Of a stretch of 54,233 bases of DNA, positions 14,917 through 27,759 are shown piece after piece. The position numbers and the translations under genes were made by a program. Within the stretch, counting starts at the first letter, position 1; each line of letters begins with the position of its first letter. Origin of the DNA: Reclinomonas americana ATCC 50394 (Eukaryota); the NCBI GenBank assembly GCA_048213135.1, contig PS015119.1, positions 247,084-301,316 on the forward strand, read 5' to 3'. Below the pieces are notes generated by a model. It worked only from the letters and a program-made list of their open reading frames with translations, was not told where the DNA came from and did not search any database.

Positions 14917-16784
14917 CAGTCGCTCACCGGATGCACATCCTCGGCCAGCACGTACAGAGCAGCACCGCCAGCAAAGATACCTCCGTCCGAGAACCCAAAG
15001 AGCGGGGCCGTGTTCTGGTAGCTACCGCGCACATTGACAAAGTTGCGATCGAACACGCTCCCCGACACGTGTACCGTGCTGGTCGACACTTGGCCTCCAT
15101 ACATGACGGCAAAGACAGCGCCACCACCGTTCCGTGGTGCGTGCACGAGCGGAATATTGGCGGTGGGACTCAAGTACGGCGTCGGAGCCAGCAACGAGTT
15201 GGCCACAAAGGTCGAATTCGTGATCGCCATGTCCAGCGTGTTCGTCGTCACCGCCGACGAGACAATCGAGAGCGCACCACCACCTGACACGGACACATGC
15301 AACTCAGCTCGTGTTCAACGAGGGGGCATGCTAGAGTAGGAATGAGCGCACCAGCGGCCAGAAACGTCGTTTGCGACTGTGTGCTGGTGGCATTCAGCAT
15401 GTTGTACTGGAACATCGAGTTTGTCACCGTCGCTTGGATGGCGGTCGAATTGGAGCCGGTAATCACAAAGAAAGCACCACCTGCAGTCGCCGGGCCCAGT
15501 TGGTTCAGTCGCACAGAAATTGGAAGTGTGTGTGTATACATGTATGAGGAGCGTACCTCGAACATTCGACAACATGCTTCCAGCAGTGGCGCTGCAATAC
15601 ACCGCATTGTTGGCGACGACCGACTGCACAACACCGAGAGTCACTTGCACTGTGCCACTGACTTGTGCCACCACGGAGAAGCCACTCCCTGAGTACAAAC
15701 ACACGTGAGCGGCAACAGCTTCGACAAGAGAGTGAGCGCACTGTGGAAAGCGGACCTCCGAGCGCCACAAAGCCGCCCTGTGCTGCTGAAACGCCATCGG
15801 CCAGAAGGAACTGCGAAAGAACCGAGTCGCCAGTTGACGACAGCGAGATGGCGGGCGTCGATGCGGCGAGAAACACGCCTACGCCGCCCAGGTGCGACAG
15901 GCTCGGACCCAAGTCGGCAAAGCTGACCACCACGGCGTTTGTGACGTCCACGGTGTTGTCTGCCATCAGCGTCGCGGTCAACGCACAGACCCACAAAAAG
16001 GGGAGACACATGCACACAGCACAGCAGGTGCGCAACTCGTGAAGCGATTGCCGGTCAGCTGCACAGTCAGCGGTTGGGTGTAACTGTCACTGAACATCAT
16101 GATGCCGGCACCGCCGACCAGATGGGCAGCTGGGTGCGCCACGGCACGCACCAAGTTGCTGTGAAACACCGAGTTCCGCACCACCAATGTGTCGGCCAGC
16201 ACAAACATGCCGGCACCTGCAACACCCCGGGATGAGAATCCTTCTCCCCCAGTGAAAAAGGGATGCAGGCACGAACCGCCCATGGTCGGCACACAAGCCG
16301 CATTCGCGCACTTCACGACATTGCCAGTGACAGAACACGAATCCAGCATGAGCTGCGAGGTCAACCCGTCGTTCACGAAGCTCGTGTCGGTCAGGTTGAA
16401 GTAGGCACCAGCTCCGATCAGCGACGCCGTGTTATTAGTCCACGAACACTGCACGGCTGTCACCTGCGACCCCGAGGCGCAGTAGACGGCCAGAGCTGTG
16501 GTGCCGAGCGCGTTCGAGAAGCTCGTCTGCTCACCGCATGAGTTGAAGCGCAGAGCGACAGAGAGAGTGAACGCACAAGCAGACCTGTGCAAGAGTCACG
16601 TTCATGGCCGCGGTATGTTGAATGTACACAAGCGGCTGCGTTAGCGAGGCCGCAGAGCTGCCAAACGCCATGCCCACTAATGATACCTGTGTTCCAGCAG
16701 GCGTGAGAGAGAGGAGTGACAAGAGAGCAACTGTGCATACATGTGTGGTCTCTCTCTCTTCTCTCCCTCGCTCTCTCACTCACT

Positions 16785-16824
<40 letters not shown>

Positions 16825-17231
16825 ACGACGTTGACATTGGCGATGGAGAGCAACGGGGTGACACTAGCAGCCGTGGCCGTCCACTCACACGCTCCCACCA
16901 CCTCGCACACAATAGTCACATTGTGCAACGCAGACGAGGCAGTGGCAGTGGAGAGGAGGAGACCGCCGCCCGAGGCCACCGGGAAGAGGCCGGAGAGCAC
17001 TCGCCATTCGACACTGTTCGGCGGTGGCATGGCGCTATTGAGCACCGAGACAGCCGCCGAGGGTGTGCACGCCTGCGCGGGTGTGTCTCCACACGGAGCG
17101 CTGGTGTGCGTGCTGGCGGGGTCGACATAGGTCACCAGTTGTATGGTGGTGGCCGCGGTGCACACACACAACAGCAGCAGCTGCAGCAGCAGAAGCAGGT
17201 GTAATCGGCGGGTGGCCTCCCGCGCCGCCAT
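1891..17231 (-). CDS. Giant cell-surface protein: signal peptide, many GG[A/S/G][I/L/V] + FxxN (Pmp-like beta-helix) repeats, Ig-like segment, Cys-rich region, multi-pass transmembrane C-terminus
   Basis: ATG at 17231 starts MAAREATRRLHLLLLLQLLLLCVCTAA (signal peptide). Many short introns (~55-90 nt) join exons with GGAIY/GGGLY/GGAVF and FSNN/FTGN motifs. These are followed by FDIGVRDVFGN, CLSCPLG..CQQC..LDCPG..NDYWP..CPYNFC..PLCGLC and several hydrophobic helices; stop at 1891. I did not trace every junction; length is a rough estimate of >3000 aa. Confidence 0.75.
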
Positions 17232-17477
17232 CGTGATGGATGGAGGCAAGAGGATGTGCGTGAGAAAGTGTGTGTGTGTGAGAGAGAAAGTGTGAGGGTC
17301 AGAGTCTTGTTATGGCCATGCGTGCGCTCTCAGGGGGGGTCGCTGCGTTGATTGACTGCTTGCTGTGATGTACGGAAATTGCAGTTTCCCGAACACGCCC
17401 CCTTCCCCGCCCTCCTTCTCCTCCCCACTGCCAAGCACATGCCAACGAGGAATGAGACACACGTTCACTTGGATGAG

Positions 17478-18606
17478 TTAGAGCGGGATGTGACCGACAA
17501 GAATGTGGCCGCTGTCTGAATCCACGGCGATACGCGAGACCTCCAGCGACTTGCCCTGTTGGTGGCGACAGGGCAGTGAGAGTGAGTCTTCCGCACGCGC
17601 ATGGGAAGAAGCAAAAGGCGCACGGACCGACGCAAAAATGCCGCCGCCAGTGTGCCCGTTGTTCGAGGCCACCATCGTGGCGCCGTGATCGAACGACCTG
17701 CGCAGCGTGGTGAGCCCTGCGACGGAACAGCAACAGCACGCACGCACAGAGATGCGCACCACAGCTCAGGCGTGGCCACATCAATGCCTGGAATGGGGAG
17801 CGCAAACGAGTACAGGAAGTGGCGAATGCCCTTCGCCAGCAGCAGATCCTCGGGGGTGGAGTACAGAATGTCCTTGCAGGTGAAGATGCCGAGAGTGACC
17901 TCGGCCGCTCCACCAGCCGACGACGGCACCGTGGCGTTGAAGGAGACCAACTCCGGCGGCGACGGTCCATGGAAACACTCAGTCCAGTACGGATGCGTCT
18001 TGCGATACTGCGCCACCACGCTGCCGTCGGGCGCAAACACCACCTGCGTGTTGTACAAGTGGCCGTCGCGATCCACGCTATCCTCGCACATGTTCACCGA
18101 CAGGTACACGCCCGACGCACGCGCCGCCGCCTGCAGCACACACAGACCGCCCTGATCATCGCCGTCCGCCTGCGAGCACGGAGCACGCAGAGGCAGCGGC
18201 GTGCAGAACGGACGCAACCCCGCCGCGGACGTCTTGTTGCACGCGCTGTAGTCGCCGCCCAGGGTGAACTCTACACGCACGTGGTCAGCAGTGCCTCTGT
18301 GTGTGCGAGACAGAGAGATGCGCGCACCAGGGAACACCAGCACGCTGATGCCCGCGGCAGCTGCGGCTTCCACATACGGCACATAGCTGCGGAGGATGTA
18401 AGCGACTGTGAGTAGGCGCATGCACAGAGAGAGAGGGCGCGCAACGCTCGAGCATTGGCCGACAAGACACGCGCAGGCGAGAGGCCGCGATCGCCCGGGT
18501 TGACTGTGGTGGTCTTGATGACAGCGCCTGCGGTCCAGTACGCCGACGCAGACACGCCCGCGACCAGTACCGCCAGCACTACCAACAACAACGTCGCGCG
18601 CTGCAT
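17478..18606 (-). CDS. Secreted carbon-nitrogen hydrolase, vanin/biotinidase (pantetheinase)-like
   Basis: Signal peptide MQRATLLLVVLAVLVAG; catalytic-triad motifs VLVFP|E, YNTQVVF..YRKTH and GIFTCKDIL; 4 GT-AG introns. Confidence 0.85.
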
Positions 18607-18660
18607 TGCAAACGAGAAGAGTGAGATAAGAGGACACACGGAAGGACGCGCGCTGATTGT

Positions 18661-19347
18661 ATGATGCAGAGAGGAGGAGTGGGCGAGTCGACTGCCGCGA
18701 CTGCGGCCACCACTGGTGACGCAGAGGAGGATCGTCCGGCGTCCAAGGCAGCGGTGGGGNNNNNNNNNNNNNNNNNNNNNNNNNNNNNNNNNNNNNNNNN
18801 NNNNNNNNNNNNNNNNNNNNNNNNNNNNNNNNNNNNNNNNNNNNNNNNNNNNNNNNNNNNNNNNNNNNNNNNNNNNNNNNNNNNNNNNNNNNNNNNNNNN
18901 NNNNNNNNNNNNNNNNNNNNNNNNNNNNNNNNNNNNNNNNNNNNNNNNNNNNNNNNNNNNNNNNNNNNNNNNNNNNNNNNNNNNNNNNNNNNNNNNNNNN
19001 NNNNNNNNNNNNNNNNNNNNNNNNNNNNNNNNNNNNNNNNNNNNNNNNNNNNNNNNNNNNNNNNNNNNNNNNNNNNNNNNNNNNNNNNNNNNNNNNNNNN
19101 NNNNNNNNNNNNNNNNNNNNNNNNNNNNNNNNNNNNNNNNNNNNNNNNNNNNNNNNNNNNNNNNNNNNNNNNNNNNNNNNNNNNNNNNNNNNNNGAGAGA
19201 GAGAGAGAGAAGGAAGAAGAAGAAGAAGAGAAGGAGAAGGAGGAGGAGGAGGAGGAGGCGGTGGAGCAGGAGAAAGAGAAGAAGAAAGAAGAAGAAGAAG
19301 AAGCAGAAGAAGAAGAAGAAGAAGAAGAAGAAGAGAGAGAGAGAGAG

Positions 19348-19379
<32 letters not shown>

Positions 19380-20432
19380 GTGAGGAACGCGAGACACTAG
19401 AGGCGAGAGTGGAGGCTGAGGACAGGAGGCAACGAAGAGACTGCACGATCTGGCAAGTGTGTGTTTGACATGCAGCTTTCCGCTGTTGTCTTTCTTTTCT
19501 TCTCTTTGCAGCAACGGGGAGTGGTGCTTCGCAGCAGCGACGCACGTCGTTGGTGGTGCCGAAGGAGGGTGGGGAGATGGAGACTGTAGAGCTGGATCAG
19601 CATGTGGATGTGCCGCCGCCAATGTTTGCGCTGGCGTATGATGCGTTGCAGGCGCCAATGGAGACCGCTGCTGGTCTGTGTGTCTGCTCACAGTGTGTTC
19701 GCCTGCTGCATGCGTTCATCTTCTGCGTGTGTGTGTGTGTGTTGGTAGCCAAGGAGAGTGGTACAGCGGATCCGCGCGGCATCCTGAACCACGTGCACAT
19801 TGAGGGGTGCATTGAGAAGATGTTTTCTGTCCGCAAGGGAATGGACGATGTTGTGCGCTCGGCGAACAGTGTTGCGTGTTTTGCAGAGGGAGGGAAGGAC
19901 GAGGGGAAGGGGTGCGGGGAGCAAGAACTGAGAAGGAATGGGAGATGGAGGAAGGAAGGAGGAGAACGGATGAAGAAGAAGAACAAGACGCCTTACCAGA
20001 AGGCGAAATGCAGAGTGGTACTGCGAGAGTGGGAGGATGAGACTGCAGAAACGGAAAGGAAGTAGAGGACGAGAGACACGAAGAAGAAAAAAGACGCCCT
20101 TGCAGAAGGCGAGATGCGGAGTGCGGTGCTGCGAGAGTGGGATAAGCCTGCAGAATCGGAAAGGAAGCTGAGAGACATGAAAGAAGTTGCCCTTGCAGAA
20201 GGCGAGATGCGGAGTGCGGTACTGCAAGAGTGAGAGGCTGCAGAAACGGAAAGGAGGCAGAGGGCGAGAGACACGAAGAAGAAGGAGACGCCCTTGATAT
20301 GCAGACTGTAGAACTGCGAGAGTGAGAGGATATGCCTGCACGATCGGAGAGAAGGCAGAGGATAAGCCTGCAGAAGCGGGGAAACACGAGACATGCGATC
20401 TGAGAAGAAGGATGCAGAGGATGCCGCGTCCG

Positions 20433-20463
<31 letters not shown>

Positions 20464-20998
20464 GCTCACGATAATCGCTGCGTGCAGGAGCTGGAGGCCA
20501 CGGTGGCGGCGGTGTCATACGGTAAGGACGACACCTTCAACAGGTTCGACCGGACCATGAACCTCAGCAAGACTCCGGGCGCCGATGCTGCGCTGGCGAG
20601 GAAACGTGCCGCCACGTCCAAGCTGCTGGTGAGGCCACACTGCTCGTATGTCTTCCCGGTGATTCAATTGGTCGCTCAATCCGCCTCCCTGCAGCAAACA
20701 CCGCATCCCGACAAGAGGCGCAACACAAAGCTCACAGTCGACGAGCTGGGCGAGAAGATCTTCGAGGCATTTGCGACGCAGGAGTACTGGACAGCTGGCG
20801 ATATGCTGACCTACACTGGAGCCTCGTCTATGGTTCGGAAGATGTGCTGCCCATTGTTTGCTTGCAGTCGTGCTCACACGCGAGAGCCTCTCGCAGAAAG
20901 TACTCAAACAAACACTGGGCGACTTGTGCATTCAAGTACGCACGGGCGCACACAAGGGCGAGTACGAGCTCAAGGAGGAGTACAAGGAACGAGAGTGA
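18661..20998 (+). CDS. GTF2F2: Transcription initiation factor IIF beta subunit (RAP30/Tfg2); partly within an N-gap
   Basis: C-terminal winged helix ELGEKIFEAFATQEYW...LKQTLGDLC..GAHKGEYELKEEYK, and an N-domain IEGCIEK segment. The start at 18661 is tentative because a gap follows it. Confidence 0.75.
19195..19380. repeat. Compound (GA)n/(GAA)n/(GGA)n/(CA)n microsatellite, intronic
   Basis: Seen directly, next to an assembly gap. Confidence 0.9.
19964..20420. repeat. Degenerate ~100-bp tandem repeat (4-5 units) in a long GTF2F2 intron
   Basis: Recurrent gagagacac/atgaagaag...cccttgcagaaggcgagatgcggagtgcggt...ctgcagaaacggaaagga; the core is exact at ~20097 and ~20190. Confidence 0.8.
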
Positions 20999-21130
20999 TA
21001 ATGAAAAATCAAAACGTTGTTGTGACCGTTACACGCCCGTTCAATTGCGCAAGTGACGAGAGAAGACACACTCACGCACGCACACGCACACGCTCACACG
21101 TTCACACGCAACCCACTCGCTTCGTGAGCC

Positions 21131-24100
21131 ATGGCCACCGATAAGGAGAACTCGGCCTTGGCCGTGTCATACCCCCTCGCCAGCCCCGGCAAGGCACTGA
21201 TGTTGGTCTGTTCGCAACGCTTTTCCCCTCTTCCTCCTCCTCCTCCTCCACTGCCCTCCTCCTCTTACACACACGCACACAGCCGAGTGCCATGTCACCT
21301 GGACGCTCGCCAGGCAGCGCCTCGAAGCGCGACGGAGGTCGCCGTCGTGCCTTCTCGGACATCTCGCCCGACGATCCCAATGCTGCTCCCGTCAGTGTAC
21401 CGTCGGCCAACAAGCGCACCTCCATCCTCGTGACACAGAATGGCACAGCGAGTGCCGCCAAGTCGCCGTCGAAGAAGCGTGCGCGTCTCTCGGTCGCCCG
21501 TCGCGTGAGCTTTGCTCCGCCTCCAGAGCCCAGCACTCCTGGGTCGGCAGCAGCAGCCGCCGCCGCCGCAGCCGCAGCAGGCGGTGCACAGCCGTTTGCC
21601 ATCCATGTCGATGACGACGTGCGTGAGCAGGTGCGCCAGCAGCTGCGACAGACCATTCCCAACTTTGGCGAGATGAAGTCGTTGCGTGCGACTAGCAGGA
21701 GGGACGTCGTTTGTGTTGTGACTGACTGATGGTGGCGTACAGGTTGGAGGACTACCTGGCCGAGTGCGAGCGTGAGAACGCAAATGCCGAAGCGAGTGCG
21801 CCCGTGTCGCCTGCGCCTGTTTCGTAGCATGCCGTCTCTTATGAGGTGAAAACAGACCGAGCTTGGCTCACTCCTTGTTGTTCAATGCAGTCGGCCACCT
21901 CGCTGCTCTTCTCGCCGTTCCCCGAGTCGGATGCGCCAAACTTTGACGCCGACGTGCCACCGATGCCCATGTTTTCGCAGTCGCCGGCCATTCCGTCGCG
22001 CAGTCTCGTGTCGCCGAGCAAGCGACGCAGTCTCGACGCCTACAACGCCTCCAACTTTTCGTTCAGTGACGAATACGACGAGAAGAGTCCGCCCGCCGCC
22101 GCTGAGCAGCCGCAGGAGGCCAGCTTGATGGACATGAGCATGGCAGAGGTGAGCATACGCATCACGTAGATACGAGGCAACTGTGTGAGTTGCTCTGCTC
22201 ACGCGACCTGTGTTGGCAGGCGGATGAGGCGCTGGCAGCGACGCAGAAAGTGCTGGCCGACAACTCGTTTGCCGACCTGGAGCAGCAGACCATGGAACTC
22301 ACGCAAGCGTACGGACGCATCTTGCAGGCGCCTATCTCTGGCGGCTACAAGCTGGCACGCACGCCGGTGAAGCAAGCCGAGTCGGCCCCCGAACCACCTC
22401 AGCAGCAGCAGCCAACAGAGCAACAGGAGGAGGAGGATGGGGAGGAAGAGGAGGATGAGGAGATGCAGGAGACCATGGACTTTACACGCGCTCTCGGCAC
22501 GATCATCAGCACTCGGTGAGTCCACCGAGTGACAGTGCTGCCATTGTTGCTGTGTGCGCGCTGACCTGCAGCTGCCATGATCACAGGACGCCAGTGTCGT
22601 TGCCGAGCCGCTCGCCGGCTACCGAAAAGCCGTTTTCGGATTCATCGCCCTCGCAGGTGTCCATGGACATTACTCGCATGTACGGAGGAATCCTGAGCCT
22701 GGCCAATCGCACCGTGCAGGCCGACGACGACAGCCAGGAGTCCGTGTCGCCGCAACCACAAGAGCCAGTCTTTGAGGAGGAGGAGGAGAAGGAGAAGGAG
22801 GATGAGGACGAGGAGATGGAGTTCACCGGCACCTATGGAGTCATTCAGCAGGCTCCGCCTGCACCACCGGCTGTTGTCGACGACTCGAACGCGAATTCGC
22901 AGGAGGAGGAGGAGGACGGCGAGGCCATGGATCTGACCGGCGCCTTTGGTGCCATCATGGCTGAGGCTCGACGCATGTCGATTGCTGTACCCTCGGAGCA
23001 GGCGGCTGCCACCACGCCTGCCAAGTCGCCGCTGCGTCGCCAGACAATGTCGCCGATGAAGAAGGGCGCCATGTCACCGGCTCTCCACGCCTTCCTCACC
23101 AAGTCGCCACGCTCCACCACGAAGTCACCGCGCGCTGCTGAATCACCGGCGCCGATTGTGGCGCGCTCGCCAGCCACCACCACGCCCGGCTCAGCCGCGC
23201 GTCGCCTGCTGGCCATGTCACCCGGTGGCTCACGCTCCCTGGCTCGCACACCGCTCGGCAATCTGAGCAAGAAATTTGAGGAGGAGTCGGCGGAGGAACA
23301 GCCGCAGGAGGACCTCACGCAAGACATTACACGCACCATGCAAGGCATCATGATGCTGGCTCGCTCGCCTGGTCCTCATGGTACGTGCTGTGGGGGCATT
23401 GTGGTTTCACAACAAAAGCGTGACTGATTATCATTTTTCTACGTGTACAGCTACCCCAACAGCCACCAACACAATCGCCACCACCTTTACGGGTGTGTCG
23501 ACTCCGTCCGCTCTCTCCTACGATGGCTCGTTTGTCAGCGACGCTTCGGTGAGTGAAGTGTGCAGTTCTCTTGTGCATCACTGTGTAATCTGACAAATCG
23601 TGCTTGCACAGAACGCCCGTGACAGCCTGTGCAGTCCGGGAATGTCGGGCTCGGACGAAATGTGTGCCGATGAGTGGCGACTGGAGGACTTTTTGAGTCG
23701 AGGTGCGCCCCGCTAATCCTTTGTCCAACGACTCACATCCACCGACCTCGTTTGTTTCTAACTCGTGTGAATGCGGCACAGCAAACCTGCACTTCCCGAT
23801 TGACGATCTCGGCAAGCGCCGCGCGGCGTCCATGTGCCCAACGCGAGGTGGTCCGCTGCAGACTGTTCCGCCGTCGCAGCGTCCGCTGCAGGAGCGCATC
23901 ATTCTGGCCGCGTACACAGTGCCGCTGATGATGTCGACGGAGGAGGCCTGCTCGTCGCTCAAGGACCAGACGGAGCTGATTCGCAACAGCATCTCCAGCC
24001 TGGAGGAGCACGTCAACGAGAATGTGCCACCGATCTACGCGCAGCTGGAGAACGCACTGCGAACGGGTGACGAAGTGCAGATGCAAGATCAGCTGCGCTC

Positions 24101-25818
24101 ACTGAAGGAGGCCTGCAAGAACAAGGCGCAATGCGCATGGTACGAGTACATTACCAAGGTGCAGCAGAGCCTGCAAGCCGGCGGCCTGGCCGAGTGCATG
24201 CACGCCCTGCGTGACGACGCACAGGCGGTGGCGGAGATGAACCAGGCACTGGCCGCATCGGTGGGCGAACTCGAGCACGCCAGCCAATTGTTTGCGCGCG
24301 AGGAGGAGCGGCTGCGTGGCAAGTCGTCGCGCGTGGCTGACTTGGAGCAGTTGGTGGCCACCAACGAAGTGATGCTGCGCGAACGGCGTCGCACATCGGA
24401 CGAGCTGGTGCAGAGCGAGCGACACGCTGCCGACGAGGCCGATCGTCTCGAGGCACGCGGTGACGAACTGCAGGCTGTGCGTACGGATGGAACAATGGGG
24501 GGTGGTCACCGTCTTTTGTTGCTGACTTTACTACTGCACACAGGAACTCGACGCACTGCTGGCCGCCAGGGAGCGCCGACAGGCCGAGAAGCAGACGGCC
24601 AGAGCAAGTGCCGATGCAGTGGCGGCGGCTGCGGCCCTGTCTGCAGCCCGCGCGGCCGCTCCATCAATCAACCACGTGTCGGCGGCACTCAGCCGAGAAG
24701 ACAACACCATGAATCGCCGTGAGATGGAGGCCGCCAAGGGTATGTTGACACGGAGAAAGGAGCAGCAGTTTTTTTTCAAGCACGTTCTTATTTTTTGTTT
24801 CTCCCTCCGCAGACATGCTCCAACTGGTGCAAGCTGCCGGCCTGGCCGAGGAGCAGCTGACACGAGACGGCCGCAATGTCATTCGCTTCGCCCTGCCCAA
24901 TGTCGGCGCACTCTTTGCGTTCCCACCGTTGCGTCGTCTGCACAACGTGAACAATTGCACCTTTCATCCACGTCTCAATTCGTGTGCTTGCATGTCACAG
25001 TGAGGGCGACATGTGGCAATGTGCCTTCCTGCGCGGCTCGGCACCCAGCGATCGCAGTGCAGCACTCTTCTCGACATTCGGCAGCCATCCGTTTGTGGCC
25101 GACATGGGTCCGGAGATGCGCCTGTCGCTGTCCACCAGGGAGCTGCAGCAGGTTGCGTCGTGTTTTTTTGGGGGGTGAGGCAAAGGCAGGGAGCAGTGTT
25201 GCTGATGTGCCTATGTGAGCAGTTTGTGCTCGAGAGCCAGGTGCGCTCCGATCGCCTGCTGATGTTCAGCGAGATGGTGTCGGAGCTGGCTTCACGCTTC
25301 AACGACGTGCAAGTGCTGGCCAGTGGACTGGACGACGCACTGTTGAAGGTGCGTGTGTAAGGGAGAGAGAGAGAGAGCACGTCACATTGACTGACACGTT
25401 TTTTCTTGCGCGTGCAGGTGACCATCTCGGAGCCGCAATTCCACTGCAAGTTCACCGTGCAGCTGTGGTGCTCGCCCCTGTCTGGTGTCGGCGACGCTGT
25501 ACTCAAGGCCGTGTCACCATTTGCCGGCTCCGGAGTGGTGTCGAGTGCTTTCGGTGCACTGCCACGAGCGAGCACACTCGGAGCAGCGAGCCAGAGCTCG
25601 ATTGCTTTCGGCTTTGACAACTTGTTCGGAGGCGTCACCACTGCCCGTGTGCAGCAAGCAGTTGCATACTCGTTTCCCTTGCTCTTCGTCGCCATTGAAA
25701 ATGCTGACGCCGTGTGCTGTCGCAGATTGGTGGCGCACTGAGCGAGACTCGCCGCGATGTGCCACTGTTGTTCCGCGTGCTTGATTCAATTGCAGCACTG
25801 CCGGCGTTCTCCCACTGA
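21131..25818 (+). CDS. KNL1: Kinetochore scaffold KNL1/Spc105/Spc7
   Basis: N-terminal PP1 motifs (RTSILV, RRVSFA); MELT repeats MELTQAYG, MDFTRALG, MDITRMYG, MEFTGTYG, MDLTGAFG; Spc7-type region (ACKNKAQCAWYEY), coiled coil and C-terminal folded region; spliced stop TGA at 25816-25818. Confidence 0.88.
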
Positions 25819-26063
25819 TCAACCCCTCATATTTGAAAGAAAATGCCAATGCTCTCTCTTCTCCTCCTCACTCCTCTTTCTTGTTGTCGTTGTTTTGTTG
25901 TTATTGCTGTGAGAATTCGAGCCACGAGCGATGCCGTGTTGCTCTCTCCACACGATACCAGTCCGTTCTTCCTTCCTCTGCAATGCTGTCCCCACCCCCT
26001 GCCCCCCTTTTCAACAACCCTCTCCCCCAATCAATGTATACGGATGCTTTCAGGTTACTCGGT

Positions 26064-26549
26064 TCACTCTGCATAAATTGCAGCGACCCGGCGGGCGGCT
26101 CCCTCTAGGTGGAAGGCGGTTGCATAATTCGTCACTTCAGTGGTGTGTCGGCGAGCTGTGAGGGTGGAGGAGAGGGAGGGTGAGAAGAGAAGGGGGAAGG
26201 AGAAGCATGAGCAGCACACGCAATACACATCGTGAGAGGGGAGGGAGAGCAGAGAGAGAGTACATGCAAACAACCATCGCGAGCGAGAGCACGAAGAACA
26301 CGACGCAGGACGAGACATGCGAGCAGCCCGCGGAGGGACAGAGCGAATGAGAATGGAAGCAGCGAATGCACGCAAACTACCATCGAAAGCGAGAGAGCAT
26401 GACGTCTGATTGCGAGGTGCTGAAAGCGCAGGATGAGTCACGCGAGCAGCATGGGAGAGACAGAGCTGCACGCAGACACCGGAGTACGAAGAACACAAGC
26501 CGTCCACAAACTGCGGAGGAAAGAGAGAGACATGCATACATGCGGGTAC

Positions 26550-26605
<56 letters not shown>

Positions 26606-26843
26606 GCGAGAGGAGGAGGAGGAGGAGGAGAAGAAGAACGACAATAGAATAACAACACACGACGACGAACGAACGAAGAAGAACGAAGAAGAAGAGAGAG
26701 GACGACGTAGAATACACATAGAGAGAGTAGTAGACNNNNNNNNNNNNNNNNNNNNGTTAGGGGAAGGGGAAGGGAACGGGACGGGTACGCCGTTACGACG
26801 GTACGTACGGAACCGGTACGGACGGTACGTACGTACGTACGAC

Positions 26844-26881
<38 letters not shown>

Positions 26882-27685
26882 TGCGCAAGGAAGGAGGGAG
26901 GGAGGGAGAAAGACAACAAATGAATAACCATCACGAGCAAACGACAAGGAAAGCAAGAAGAAGATGAGGCGCTGAAATCACATGACGAGATATGCGAGGA
27001 GCACGATTGTGACGGATGAGACTCGTAACAGCGGGTGCAGGAAACCATAGTCCGCAAGACGAGGAAAACAGAAAGAGACAAAAGCGGCAGCACGTACAGA
27101 GCGAAAGGGAAAAGGGACACGATTGGAGGTCTGCAAACCTTGTTGGCACAGGCAATGAACTCCTTGGCTTTTTGTTGACAGTCGATAAACGTCTTTCCCT
27201 CCTTCAAGCATCCCAGCAGCGCAGAGCGCGCCTCCTGGCATGGAACGTCTCGCACGGGAGCACTGCGAGGGGGGAGGAGGGGTGAGTGGTGCACTGGGAC
27301 AACAAAGAGAGAGAAAGTGTGTGCGCACTGGACAAGGAAATGAGACTTGAATGCCGGAGATGTGTGACATAGAGCAAAGGAGAACAGTGAGATAGAAAGA
27401 GATGACACGATCGAAAATGCATGAAGAAGGGGCGCAAGTGAGAAGAGAGAGAGAAAGCAAGGCAGGATGCGAGAGATGCGCAACAGACTGGACAGTACGA
27501 GACTTGAACGCCAAGGGGGAAGAGAAAGAAGAGGGTGGCAGNNNNNNNNNNNNNNNNNNNNNNNNNNNNNNNNNNNNNNNNNNNNNNNNNNNNNNNNNNN
27601 NNNNNNNNNNNNNNNNNNNNNNNNNNNNNNNNNNNNNNNNNNNNNNNNNNNNNNNNNNNNNNNNNNCGTGTGTGTGTGTGCGTCT

Positions 27686-27759
<74 letters not shown>

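Noticed and set aside
1891-17231. Introner-like family of near-identical introns
   Set aside because: Introns are similar in length, but I saw no shared internal sequence or terminal inverted repeats.
18271-19691. Long ORFs spanning N-gaps and microsatellites (also 26377-28752 and 38286-40239)
   Set aside because: They stay open only because of Ns and simple repeats.
19964-20420. Possible CRISPR-like repeat-spacer array
   Set aside because: The repeats are degenerate, the linkers resemble each other, the context is a eukaryotic intron, and there are no cas genes.
26756-26848. Second (TACG)/(GAC)-rich tract
   Set aside because: Same context (gap edge next to a microsatellite); probable sequencing artefact.
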